Assembly: GCA_977862235.1 (NCBI GenBank) | Contig: OZ374558.1 | Location: 2,418,001 to 2,482,000, forward strand | DNA length: 64,000 nucleotides | Source: Dudresnaya verticillata | Lineage: Eukaryota | Reading direction: 5' to 3' | Notes under the pieces: generated by a model | Databases searched by the model: none | What the model saw: only the letters and a program-made list of their open reading frames with translations | What the model was told of the DNA's origin: nothing | Shown here: one piece after another, positions 26,487 through 39,126 of the stretch | Layout of the letters: each line of letters starts with the position of its first letter | Position numbering within the stretch: position 1 is the stretch's first letter | Program-made: the position numbers and the translations under genes

Positions 26487-29431
26487 CGCGGGCCCTTATG
26501 CAGTCCTGAGAACAATCTGTGGGAGTCCCCGGGAGCAGTTGCACTTGAATGCGGAAGTATGTACGAAACGCTTAGCTGTGATGGCCTCTCAATTCCGTCG
26601 TAGACGAGGTTGAACGAAGCTTGCTCTGCGAAACAAATATGTACCGGTGATCCCAATAAGGCACCGCCTGGTTGTGATGCGGCAGCATCAGAGATCGCGC
26701 CACCGTCAAGAGCGGGTGTCGTCGGTGGGCCGAGTTTCCCCTCTTCCACGCGAATGGATAGTCTGGCCCGTACGCATGTGACAAGTGGAATCGGCCAGCC
26801 AATGACATTGCTTCGTGCTTTACGCCCAATATCATTCTGTAATTGGCATAAAGGACCGTTGTGGGCGGAGAGTGAGAGAGGTTACTCCGCCCGGAAGCGG
26901 AGGTGAATCTGCTTCGTGTTTACGACGCATTCTCTACGTCCTTCTGCCGCTCTCGTAAGGGTAACCGTATCGCATCCTCTCAGGCTGTACTTTGCGGGCG
27001 TTTGGCCGCCCGGTCCGCTATTTCCGACAGCCTCAGGTACCTACCGCACTGTCAGTACCGCGTGCTGGTGGCAGTGAGAATACTATTTTCTTTCAGTCCA
27101 GAAACGTTTGCTACATTCCGGCTGCTCCGCTATCTACAGATGGCTGCTGATTTCGTGCCATGGCCTTCCGAAACAGCCCTTCTGTGCAACACCTTCTCGG
27201 CTATTCGGGAGAGGTAGAATAAGAAGGGGTCATTTCGCCTAGACGATGCGAATGTGCCAGCCTACCTCGGGCTTCACATGCCCTAAGTGTTGGGCAGGCG
27301 CATGTTGTAAAGCGGTGGTTGTAGTTGTAGCACCGGGGAGCGTTTTGAGATTCTGGGGAGCGCATAAATGTGCAAAAACGAGCCCTTTTTGGGTGGCAAC
27401 TTCCGACACGTGTAGTTTTCCCTTAGATCGCCTCCAGTAGGGCACTCCTCGGCGGGGGGTGTTTCTGGTTATTTGATAAGTCAACTGCCTCGTTCTTTGG
27501 AGAGGAAGGTAATGTGGCCCGTCTTTTGAGTAACCTGTAGATAACCATCACAAAACGAGAATATGGGCTTAAAACAAGCAGAAAATCAAAACAAACTTGA
27601 CGTATGTTGGGTCAACGTACTCCACACTCTCAAACTGTCGAAGCGACGCTCTAGTCACCCGAACCCGCCCCAACTCGCGCGATCTGCCCCAGCTCGCACG
27701 ATTGACCTATGTCAAGCGGGAGGCGGGATGAGCGCGTGGGCACCAGCAGCGCGGCGACAACCGCGGCAGCCATGGAGTCACCGTCGTTGTGCGGGAAGCT
27801 TTTCGACAAGTGGCGTCTACGCTGCCTCGCAGACTCGAGCATGCATAAATCAGGATGCATTGAAAGCGATGCGCACGAGGTGGGCAGTATCAAGACAGAA
27901 CAGGCACTACAGACAGCTCAGTTGAGATCAAGTGGAGCGCGGTGCAATGTTGAAGCAGCTGGCCATAATCCATAAAGTGCAGGCCACACAGACCGTATGT
28001 TGGAGCAACACAATCAAGTAACAGCACGTGAAGAGCAGTTGTGCCATTGTAGCGGTAGTGTCTGCGAGGCACGGCAGAGCAGGAGTTCTTTCATAGCTGC
28101 TTTGCCAGGGCCGGCACATGCACAAACGGAGGGGAAGGATGGCGCTACTGCGGAAAAGTTCTCTGCGAGAGTGCGGAACCGGTACAGTACGCAAAGGGAC
28201 AGAACTCTGGGATCCATGGTGCTCAGATACATAGTGCGAAGCGCTGAGGATACATCGAAGAAGCGGAAGGGATCGGTGTGGCAGTGCGCGCGAGCGATCG
28301 CGTACAAGAGGCAACGAGCTCGCCGGGACGCCCGACAATTCTGGAAAAGCCGGATGCAAGCCAGCTGCGAGTCCGGTGGTGTAAGGGGATTCTAAGTTAC
28401 TACGGGATTGCTTCAGTTCTTGCACACAGTGGCACATCAACGCTTTGAGTATCTGGTACCGGCGCCGTACCGTCGTGTTCCCGTCATTGTCCCGTCATGG
28501 TACCGCCATGGTACCTTCGTCTTCCCGTCGTCTTCCCGCCGTCGTCCCGTCGTCTTCCCGCCGTCGTCCCGTCGTCGTCCCGTCGTCGTCCCGTCGTCGT
28601 CCCGTCGTCGTCCCGTCGTCGCTCCGGTAAGTTTGCACAGGAAACGGAAGGCTCTACAGCGTGTTACAAGCATTCAAGGCGCAAATGGCGGCGCAGCTGA
28701 TGGAACAGCTGACGGCGCAGCTAATGGTGCAGCTGATGGCAGAGCTGACGACGCAGCTGACGACGCCAGCAGCTGACGGCGCACCGTTAATCGGCATGTC
28801 CGACTACATTTCTACTTCCGCTGGCTGGTTGCATCGAGCGACTGTAACAGAACCTGCACAAACGGAACTGTCATCGCTTTGCGCATCACGATCAATGCGT
28901 ACAGCTCTAATTGCACGCTTCGTCGAACTGTGAAGGCCGTGTTTACCATATGTGTATAATTGTTCAACGCAGATAAACGGAAGTAGAACGGATCCGTTTC
29001 CATTTTCTACTGCTGTTGGCGACCTAACACGAGAAGCTTTGCTCGCAGCAACGCGTGCAACGCGAATGTGTTCATCCATGACGCTGACTGTCGCTGTGCC
29101 ATGTTGCTACGGAAATGCCACCGTTTTAGTCGCCGCGCACTGCGCCAGTCGTCGCCAGTCAATCGCGCCGCAATCACACTACCGTCAAAGCATAGAAAGC
29201 AGAGAAAGCATAGTACCGTTGCGAGCCGCCTGACCCTGAAACAGGAGCGAAAGGGTGCTTTGCGAGAGTATGACCATCGAAGCTGATTTTCAGTTGCCAT
29301 GGGTGCTGAGTTATGTTCCGACCTTGTTAAGACTTAAGCATCAAAAAGAGAAGGAATCGATGAAAGCATCCCTCCTTTCAAGTAACCACCGGTCAAGGAT
29401 AGATGAATAAATAAACGTTGTCACCTCGTAG

Positions 29432-30060
29432 CTAGCACCATGAATTTCCGATGTAGCAGATTGTAGATCTTTTTTTGTAATACTGTAGAGTTTGCGAGTC
29501 ACAGCGGTATAATTGTGCGATCGCCTCGAGGGTGCGATGAAACTCGGAACCTAAGCCGCCATGAATGTCGCAACCAAGAGGCCGAAGCGTGATATGAGCA
29601 GTTCTGCAAGCTTTTCGGTACTTCTTTTTTTTGCCACGTTCAGCGGATGCTGCAGCGCCTATCGCATTTGTCGCTAAGGCAGAGGTGTAGGTTGGGTTAG
29701 ATGGACTATCTATAGTCACTTCGTAACCCAGGGCAGAAAGGAGCATTTGTCCAAGACGAGGCCGAGTCTTCGGGTATCATCGTGACCGGTGAAGGACTGC
29801 TCGTGGAATACCGGGAGGGCAATAGTCTCGTAGGATAAAGCCGAGAACGGCTGGTCACGGACTGAATTATGGCGACGCGAAGAGCCATGAGCGCAAGCGT
29901 AACAGGTAGAATCATTGTACCCGAATTGCCTAGCGGAACAGAGCGACCTGCGCTTGCCATAATGGCACCACAATTGGTGATACCAGGAAAAATAGAGCTC
30001 CGCAGTCGAAGATCTACTGCACCACAGCAATCCTAGTATCCGTTGAGATACGGGCACCAA
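29432..30060 (-). mobile_element. Decayed C-terminus of a non-LTR retrotransposon with restriction-like endonuclease (CRE/R2-type RLE)
   Basis: Two overlapping frames. CYACAHGSSRRHNSVRD...HE...DTRRLGLVL resembles the zinc-knuckle RHNxVRD and RPAD region. GYEVTIDSP...AAASAERGKKKKYRKAC...LRPLGCDIHGGLGSE resembles the DVT, KxxKY and FxPxxxExxGG RLE motifs. Confidence 0.7.
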
Positions 30061-31302
30061 AATCTCGGACCCATGAGCATAGAAAAGACTTGACGGGACT
30101 CCAGGGTGATGGTAAACTTTTACTGGTTGTTTAAGGTGGTCTCACGCTGGCGATTAAGGCCCATTAGCGAGAGCACCGGCACTAAGTGCCAGGTTGGACA
30201 TGGGGGAAGGGCGGCATGAAGGGGGGAGGTTAGGAGAGGACGGGGCGAGTGGGTCACATAAGGGCCGAGGGGGGCGGATACTCTGCAGTGCAGAGTTCCC
30301 GAATGGAAGCGATGGTAGTAGTGATTGTAGCGAGGTCGTGTGGTGTGGGGTCCCGCAGCGCCAACTTGTAGAGTCCGTGGGTGCGGGTGCTGCAAGAAAG
30401 TAAACGGACTTTCCCCAGTTGTTCCACACGAGAGGTGCATGGGGGCATGTGTGAACCTCGTTCTGTTCAACGGGGAATGTGGGCTAGATTCAGAAGGAGA
30501 ACGCTTACCAGCGTATTGTAAACACCGGTACTCATTCTTTGGGGTCAGCAGCTCTGGAGCATCCAGAATGGACCTAGTCTGTTTCGGAAGGAACGCCATA
30601 TATGTGTTTGTGAAGGGGTTTCCTGTTTCCGGGTCCGATTCTTTCCAAGTCGCAAATAGAAATGGACATGAAAGCGTTTTCAATCCAACGGGTGCAGCAA
30701 TTTGTTCTGGAATCTTCCAATGTAATAGAAAGTATGAATTGCAACGTCCAAATACTTTCTGTCTAAAATGGGATATGGAGAGACAACGATGAGCCCCTTT
30801 ATTGAGAAGCAGCGGGGCTGGAGTAGCCCAGCTAGTAAAGGTCGTATTGCTCCTCCTCCTCCTAATTTGGCAATATCCCTGTTTTCAGGACAAAACTTAT
30901 GACTTTGAGTCAAGGTATCATCCCAATACTCACCACTGCTTGTTCCTTCCTGTTTGGTTTTAATCGTGGCAGTATCGTTCTTCAGCTACCTTTGGTACTT
31001 TGTTTATTTCGGCACCGTCACTTTGCATGCAAAGAGTGACGATATTTGTTTGGCAACAGTTGCGAAGTGCTATCAACAATATTCTATTACAACATAGATG
31101 CGAAGCGCATGTTCCGGGTGTAACAATGTTCCGGTTGTAACAGCGTTCCGGGTGTAACAGGCTTCCCAATATGCGTGGTGGAATACACAAACAAAGCTAT
31201 GACAGGCAAACAGATGCAAGACTCAAGTAAGGTCTGGGCTTTTGATGGTTTTACAACATGTATGTGGAGAGCAAGCTCGCGAGCCGCGGCATGGGCACAT
31301 GC

Positions 31303-32226
31303 TTACTCATCGAGTTCAACACGTCGAAATATCTGCCTTATCTCTTGATAATCAGGATTCTCATTTTCACTGAGTTCCATGATTGAGTCATAGGCTACAC
31401 CAAACGCTCGAGGAAGAATCCCATCAAAGGCACGGAACCCATCACGGCGAAGTCTCTCTTTCTGAAAACGAATGTAAGTGTTAGCGTCTTCATACCCTTC
31501 GAAGAAAGTCCAAGGAAGAGAGCCGACGGCAAGGAAGACAAGTGAGTACATCATACACTCCAAGTCGTCACGCCGAGAAATAGGATTCCCGCAGTGCATG
31601 GCAATGGAACAAAACTGAGGCGTGCTAGCTGTGATGTACTCACGGGCCCAGGGAATATGACGAGTAATCGCACGCCTGCGTCGTGAAGTCGACTCGCGAT
31701 ACTTGCGGGATAGCTCGAAATCCAACAGGAACACGGTTTCAATGCCATGCTGCTTGCGAGGAAAAATGCAATCCGGAACGATGTTGCCATGAAGCAATCC
31801 TATAGCGTGAAGACGCTCCAGAGCATGAAGCACTTGAACACCAATCGACGCGACTTTGGAAACCGAGACTCGCCCCATTACATCGATTGCAATCTCCAAA
31901 GAAGGCACGTGGTATTCCATCACCATGAAGTTGTATCTCTTTCCGGAAAACGTGTCGTTCGTTTCTGAGTCTACCCACAGCACGCCGAATTTGTGCATCC
32001 AAGTAAACCCGGTTCGCGGGGATTCGCGGTACTGCTGGAGGCTTTTGTAGACGCTGCGCTCCAGTCCCAGTCCAGAGCGGCCCGACGCAGACCCTGGAGA
32101 TATCTCCCCAATCTTGATCACGAAATCAACGCTGTTCTCCATGTCGTGCGCAATGTAAACATTGGTGGATATCAGGACTTCTAGCTTGTATCGATCGCAA
32201 ATGATAACACCACCGAAGCTCGCCAT
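31303..32226 (-). CDS. Casein kinase 1-like protein, predicted catalytically inactive (pseudokinase), 307 aa from ATG at 32226
   Basis: CK1 hallmarks: YNFMVME, PSLE, LSRKY, HIP, CSIAMH-G, SRRDDLE, GSLPW, QK, PDY. The Gly-rich loop is absent, HRDIKPxN reads HGNIVPDC and DFG reads DFE. The ORF is uninterrupted and intronless. Confidence 0.85.
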   Translation of the reverse strand: MASFGGVIICDRYKLEVLISTNVYIAHDMENSVDFVIKIGEISPGSASGRSGLGLERSVYKSLQQYRESPRTGFTWMHKFGVLWVDSETNDTFSGKRYNFMVMEYHVPSLEIAIDVMGRVSVSKVASIGVQVLHALERLHAIGLLHGNIVPDCIFPRKQHGIETVFLLDFELSRKYRESTSRRRRAITRHIPWAREYITASTPQFCSIAMHCGNPISRRDDLECMMYSLVFLAVGSLPWTFFEGYEDANTYIRFQKERLRRDGFRAFDGILPRAFGVAYDSIMELSENENPDYQEIRQIFRRVELDE

Positions 32227-33122
32227 TTCGCAACTGCAGCAGTACCCCAACAAGGAGGATGTGGCATAGACGTTTTGTTAGCAGTTCTCGAGCGGGTCAC
32301 CTGTGAAGAAGCTCTAACAGCCTTGGAGATGCTGAGAGGTATGAAAGAGAGTGCTACACGAACCTTGGTCCTCCAACAGATCTTGTGTTTGAGTTGTCGA
32401 CTTCCGGCTCGTGGGCGCAGCCTAGCGGAAGTTGCGAAGGCCGTCACCGAACACCGAAACAAGGTCGTCGCAGGCGATTTGCGGTAGTCGGGTGCGAAGC
32501 ACACGGGAAGCAATGTCCGAGTCTGCGTCCCAAGGGTTCGCGCGATTCGATCGGCGCTCCTCCGGTGCAACATTTTCGGACATGTGGTAGCACGAAATTC
32601 GAGAAAAAAGACGCTTTCCTACTGGAACGTCTGTAAACTGACATTCTTACAGTACACTGTTTCGGTGTCTCATGCTTCGGATGCTCGCGTCCACTCGGCA
32701 AAGCTGCAAGCACCTCTCGACTTCCATCCCCATCTAGCTGCACACCCCCCGCCCAATCTCCCTTCCAGGCTTTGACCCATTATTCTCGTCCTGCGGAACT
32801 GGCCAGCCCTGCCTACCGTCCCATCGTATCATTCAGCCCCTCCCGTTTGTCGCTCCACGGCAACTCGCAGCAATATCTACAACCAACACAATGACTTCCC
32901 TATCGGGCATGTTACTTGTTTCAGAGGAAGAGCCCTCAGATCTTCTGCCCGCATTACTGTTCAAGTCAAACTCTCATCTCCCTCCTTCTTTTCCGGGTTG
33001 CATACCGCTCGCGGGGCACTAATGCTGTTGATTCGAAGAACACGAGGTGCAGGACATGAGGCATCCTTGAATTGCACAGCCGTATTGCCCATATGGCCCG
33101 AAAGTAACAGCGCGTTTAACAA

Positions 33123-33123
<1 letters not shown>

Positions 33124-33156
<33 letters not shown>

Positions 33157-35462
33157 TGCTGATGCTGCTGCTGCCGCTCCTGCTGAGTTTTTCTATTGGG
33201 CGTAAAAGGGTGATCTAGTAATATTTTTACACGTGCGTAGAAATAGGTTTGGCGTCAAGGGATGGTAATGGCGGGCTGACGTTAATTTCTAAAAATGTTT
33301 TACGTGTACTAAGCCGTCTAGGGGCCTCGTACACTGACTGATCATTACTATGGGGAGAACAAGGGCCATGACGCGGCGCTACGCGGCGCTACGCACCGCG
33401 CAAGGGCAACGACAAGGCGCTGCGAGCCGCTTTGCGCCGTGCAGCCGCGTCGAAGGCGCGACTGACTCCTGTATCCTATGTGGCAGGATGGGACACTGTG
33501 GGATACTGGGGTAGGCTTGGGTCGTTTGATAACGACAGTTGTCTTACAATTTCTTTGTAATGATATTTTTCCAAGCCGTGAGCCAGGTGCGGTTTCAATC
33601 ACAGAAATTAAGACTGCAGGCGCACGCTGCGACCTAAAGATTGTATCGCTGTAGCGAGGTGGCGGCTATGTACATGTTTTGTTAGAAAATCCGAGCGCAC
33701 TAGGCCCCAGGACAGGTGTGGTTTTAATCCCATAAAGTAATAATGTAGGCGCACGACGCGATTGTAAGATCGTATCACTGCAGCTCGGCGGCGCCTCTGT
33801 AAATCTACCTTCGGACAATCCGGCGCACCAATGAGAGGGCGCGTGCGCGCGTTGATTTGGTACTGTGGGAAAATACATCCAATCTGGTGGCGCGGATTGG
33901 CGGGCAGCCAATGGGGTTGCAGCTCGGCTGTTGCTGCTGCTGATGCTTCTCCTGATGCTGCTGCTCCTGTTGCTGCTTAATGTTTCTATTGGGCGTAAAA
34001 GGGTGATCTAGCAATATGTTTAGGCGTGCGCAGAAATAGATTTGGCGGCAAGGGATGGTAATGGCGGGCGGATGTTAATTTCTACAAATGTTTAAGAGTA
34101 CTAAGCCCTCGACGGGCCTCATACACTGACTAATCATTGGTATGGGGAGAACAAGGGCAACGACGCGGCGCTCCGCCTCGCTATGCGCCGTGCAGCCGCG
34201 CCGAAGGCGCGACTGACTCCTGTATCCTCTGTGGTAGGATGGGATGCTGTGGGATACTGGGGTAGGGTCGCTTAATAACGACAGGGGTCTTACAATTTCT
34301 TTGTAATTATATTTGTTTCCAAGCCGTGAGACAGGTGCGCTCTTAATCACATAAATTAAGAATGGAGCCGCACGGCGCGACTGTAAGATCCAACCCTTGT
34401 AACGCAGCGCCTTTACTGTCAGAAAATCCAAGCGCACTAATGAGAGTGCGCGTGTGCGCGTTGATTTGGTACCGCGGGAAATACAGCCAATCGGGTGGCA
34501 CGGCTTGGTGGTCAGCCAATGGGTTTGCAGCTTTGTTGCTGCTGCTGCTGCTGCTGAAATTTTCTATTGGGCGTAAACGAGTGATCTAGTAGTATTTTTA
34601 GGCATGCGTAGATATAGGTTTGGCGGCAAGGGATGATAATGGCGGGCTGATGTTTATTTTTGTAATGTTTTGAGTGTACTAAGCCCTCGACGGGCCTCCT
34701 ACACCTAAAAATCATTACTATGAGGAGAACAAGGGCAACGACGAGGCGCTGCGCGCCGCTATGCACCGCGGAAGGGCATCGACGCGGCGCTGCGCGCCGC
34801 TATGCACCGCGCAAGGGCAACGACGCGGCGCTGCGCGCCGCTATGCGCCGTGCAGCCGCGGCGAAGGCGCGACCGAGTTTTGTATCCTCTGTGGCAGGAT
34901 GGGATACTGTGAGATACCGGGTAGGTTGGGGTCGCTTGATAACGACACGTGTCTTACAATTTCTTTGTAATGATATTTGCTTCCAAGCCGTCAGACAGGT
35001 GCGGTTTTAATCACATAAATTAGGAATGGAGGCGCACGGCGGGACTGTAAGATCGTATCACTGTAGCGCGGCGGCGCGTCTGTAAATTTACTGTCAGCAA
35101 AATCGGAGCGCACCAATGCGCGCGCGTTGTTTGGTACCGCGCGAAAATACAGCCAATCAGGTGGCGCGGCTTGGCGGTCAGCTAATGGGGTTGCAGCTTT
35201 GCTGCTGCTGCTGCTGCTGCTGCTGCTGATGCTGCTGCTGCTGATGCTGCTGATGCTGCTGATGCTGCTGCTGCTGCTGCTGCTGCTGAATTTTTCTATT
35301 GGGCGGAGAAGGGTGATCTAGAAATATTTTTAGGCGTGCGTAGAAATAGGTTTGGCGGCAAGGGATGGTAATGGCGGGCGGATGTTAATGTTTTGTAATT
35401 TTTTACGTGTACGAAGCCCTCGAGGGGCCTCGTACACTGACTAATCATTAATATGGGGAGAA
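33124..35462. repeat. Diverged tandem repeat (~3.3 units of 0.58-0.79 kb), each unit with a (CTG)n microsatellite and several CCAAT/ATTGG motifs
   Basis: The marker TTCTATTGGGCG occurs at 33191, 33984, 34562 and 35294, each time followed by ...GTGATCTAG...CAAGGGATG(G/A)TAATGGCGGGC. Internal 41-bp duplications at 34731-34848. Confidence 0.92.
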
Positions 35463-36049
35463 TAGCTTTATTGATGTTCGAGCATCGTCTTCGACAGTTG
35501 CAGCTAAAGGGATTTGCAACAATCCTGTTTCTTTGCTACTTTTGGGGAGGAACCAAAACGGTGGATGGGGTTCGGTTGCAGTAAACGCGTGGTTGTGCTT
35601 ACAGCTTACTGTATTAGGTGTTGCTGTTACCGCGATTCCACTGTATTCCGCCGCTCACATATTTTACTAACAGTACGGACTCGCCCAGTGCTATTGGTGC
35701 CACGCGATGCCGTTACTGCAAGACGTTCGTCCCACACGAAATCGACCGTCTTCGCAGCACTGTTCCGCGAAAACACACTGCACTTCTGCGTTTGCTTTCT
35801 TTGCGACCAACCCCAGCCATCGACCCTTTCACTACACAGCACTTTCCCAGACGGCGACATCTCTGCCCATTGCGCTGAGTGCACCGCCATCTACAGCGGG
35901 CTTCTTCTTCTCCGCGTTCTTCATATCGGCCAGGCCCTCCGCACTGCTGCATTCCCCATTCAACCGCTCATGCCACACACTAAGACCCCACCACTGGTCC
36001 CAGATCTGGAAACGCTGCCGAGCACGCCCTTAACGCCCTACAATACTAC

Positions 36050-36596
36050 TTAGAGGCCCACGACCGCGGTCTTCAAGCTACCCGCGCCGAGCTACAGTCT
36101 CACAATAACCGACTTCCAGCTGTTGAGCACAGCATTGCGGCAACGAGATCTGATCTTTCACAGCGCCTAGAAGAGATAGCCGCAGCTTTCCGTACTGATC
36201 TGGCGGCCACTAAGAGCACTTTGACTACCGCATAGACGCCAATCGGGCGGAAGCAACGGTCACTGCCACGAAGCTGGCCGAGCAGCAAACTGAAAAACTC
36301 GCTGCTCTGATTCTTATGCAGCAGCCTTCCCGCCCTGAGACTGCAGTGCCTGACACTCCGTCGTCTTCGTCCAAATCTCAGGTCGAGCCAACCTCATCTA
36401 CCCATACCCACGACCAATCGCAGCCCCCTTACCCGCGGGCGCCCACTTATCGGGACGCCGCACCTTTTGGGCAAGAAGGAGCTCCTTCAAACTCGTTTCC
36501 CGTCTTTCCACCAATGCGCTCTACCATCCCTCGTCCTATGACGATGAAAGAACTTCGCGAAAAGAGCGCCGTGAGATCGCAGATCACGGCGACAAA
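36050..36596 (+). pseudogene. Decayed coiled-coil ORF, possibly a retroelement Gag N-terminus, cut off by the downstream element
   Basis: LEAHDRGLQATRAELQSHNNRL...LSQRLEEIAAAFRTDL, then after a frameshift IDANRAEATVTATKLAEQQTEKLAALILMQQPS...PRPMTMKELREKSAVRSQI, ending just before the TG at 36597/36602. Confidence 0.35.
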
Positions 36597-36601
36597 TGTG
36601 G

Positions 36602-39126
36602 TGTAGTGAAAGGCACATCTGTAAGGAGAGCTGATCAGGCAATCCCAATAAGGAGTGATCTCACAGGGCGCCGGGGTGGTAGAGCTTAGTTCGTAGACCG
36701 AAGGGAGTACCTCGAGCGGCAACATCTGCAAGGAGTAAAGGGACGCAACACACAAGGGGGACGGTACAGTGCCAGGGCAGCTACACCGGGACGGAGGTAA
36801 GATGAATCCGTGCATGGGACTGGAGAGGGGAAACCGTGAAGGAGTATGAGGGGAAGGCTTAGGGTAAGTCACTTTGCCCAGGGTTGCGTACCCGTTTACT
36901 GTTGGACTCGCGGTGGCCACCCATTAATATACTGGGAGATACGCCCCGCGTCCGGTGCGTGTGGGCCAGACCTCAATGGGTCTGGTCCACCAGGTGGGCC
37001 CGGGCCTGCTGGTCCCGGTCACCGTTGCGGACATGTTCGGCATTCTCATTGGCCGGCTGACACTACGTACTGTACAGCATCATTAAAATTACATAATTAC
37101 AAATAAATCAACTACTTGGCTCCTATTGGTGGTGCGCGCAGACTCCAGCAGGGCATACAGTGCTACTGTGCCGCTGCACTCCCGCTTCGTCTTTTGGCGC
37201 GAGCTTAGCAGAGCGCCGGTTATCGACGGTCGCGCGTCGGCTCGCCCATCGTCCGCACTCCGAAACGGCCACTTCACCACAACAAACCAACCGATCGCAA
37301 CTCCACTCATGGCATCCTACTTCACGTACAACCACTGGGTAAAGATTAGCGATCTCCAGCGATGCTTACTACATGACACATTCCAAGGTAACCGTCGAGC
37401 TGTTCGAGGCATCTCATACCATTCTCGGACGCCCCTGATCTTTGAACTTGTCCACGAATGCGATTGCGTCGACCTCGTTGTCGAACGTATGCGTGGCGAA
37501 CGAGCCGTTCTTCTCTCAGAATATAAGAATATAATCGTATTCGCCCTCCCGTCGCCCAAGGCTCTACCCATGTCCGTGACACCGTTGTTACGCCATCACA
37601 TGGTCTCTCCCTCGCGTCGCGATGGTTTCGGAGCGGTTCGCTGGTACTCCACGCTGCTGTCGCACGTTTCTACCAACGGTCGCTCTGTGCCTTCCTGCAT
37701 ACCGCCCCCGATATCGCTCAAAACCTCAACAGCCTACTTGATGAGCCCGGCCAAGACCAGTTCTTGAACTTACGCGGGTTCGCCACAACGCGAGTTGTGC
37801 ATAAGTTCTCCACCCAGCCCGGGGAAGCTCCGCTGCGTCTGATGAATACGCCGCTGAAGACGTCATGGAAGTTGAGTCTGCCGCCAGCGCTTCACCATTA
37901 GTGTGGCGCGCGGGCCGGTGCCGGGGGCTCTTATTTCCTCGCCATGGGCGCACCGAGGCCGCGTCGACCGACGGACGGCCGTTGAAACGGCTAATTCGCC
38001 GTTGGCGCGAACACGTCATCGACGATTGGCCTACGAACGCGCGGGCGCCACAGCCCCATGCCGCGCGCACCCGATGCACTGTACGGCACAACGCTGTAGA
38101 GCGGATCTGGATGATGCATCGGGATGTGTAAGCGGTTTGACTGTCACTTTGGCCCAGATCCCGATTGAATCCGGATCCGACATCGGGATCCGACATCGGG
38201 ATCTGCTGTAATGGAAGCGCGCCTGTAATACTGTGTCAATCGCGATCCGAATCCGGATCGCCTACAGCACCGCGCAAGCGGGCCTCTGTAAGACGCATGC
38301 GCCGGCGTACAGCGGCTGCACTGTCCCGGGACGTGTCAGACGCAACTCCACACGACACGCTTCACGGGTGCCCGCGCACCACGTCATGCAACCGCCGCGC
38401 CGCGGCCCCATAGCATTACTTAGGTACCTCGTCTAGGGCGTAGCAATAAAGCCCCGGTAAGCCGGTTTGGGTCTAGACTTCCCTTCCCGCGACAGTGCGC
38501 ACCCTACCGCTGCCCGGAAGCATACGCGACTACCTACCCGTGTTTCCACGTTCATACCGTTGTTAACGTGTTTTCCTTTGGGTTTCCTTTCCCCTTTTCT
38601 CTCTCGCCTTGGGTGGTTACAGTCCGCCCTAGGCGTGTTCAACCTGCTCTACCAAGTTCGCCACCAGCGGCTACCCACCGGGCTACCGAACGGCCCGGAG
38701 GTGCTTTCCATCTACAGATGACGTTTGCACGACAACTGTTCTCCCGACCTAGAAGGTGTTACGTTTCTACGAACTTTAAAGTCTGTAGACGATCGCTTAA
38801 CCGTCACTCTGATGTTCTGCCCATCGTTCACGACCTTCGCCTACTTCTTCGAAACCATTATGGGCCCACGCGACCACCGTTATTGCGTGGATCCTTCCGT
38901 CGTCCGTCCTCGACGCCTGGCAGTGTGCCACCGTCGGTACGGGCCCAACAAATGACGACACGATCAGTTCGTCACGTCAGACCGGAGATCTCCTCCGCAT
39001 TCACGGCACTGCCGGACCATGACGTGTCACACGCTTTGCTGAACAGGTGAGAACCTGCTCCACCGCCGAATCCGATCGTCGTTAGTACTTCAGTCCCAGA
39101 AGGCTCCGCCCTCCGTACCTACTACA
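36602..39126 (+). mobile_element. Putative long 5' LTR of Gypsy element A
   Basis: Inverted termini TGTAGT...ACTACA, no convincing long ORF, and a gag-like ORF follows. No second copy in the window confirms it. Confidence 0.4.

Larger units (their letters stand above)
1..29235. repeat. Tandem array of ~7.2-kb units carrying a C2H2 zinc-finger gene (left block, ~4.1 units)
   Basis: The marker GCTCCGGTAAG recurs at 189, 7017, 14239, 21475 and 28621 (periods 6828, 7222, 7236, 7146). The same ORF set recurs in each unit. Identity to the unit ends after ...GCCGCCTGACC at 29235. Confidence 0.98.

Noticed and set aside
33805..35321. PolyQ and polyL ORFs
   Set aside because: These are translations of CTG/CAG microsatellites in a non-coding tandem repeat, with frames not conserved between units.
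38155..38205. Inverted repeat CAGATCCCGAT...ATCGGGATCTG with a 13-bp duplication
   Set aside because: A short local hairpin inside a putative LTR with no evidence of a separate function.
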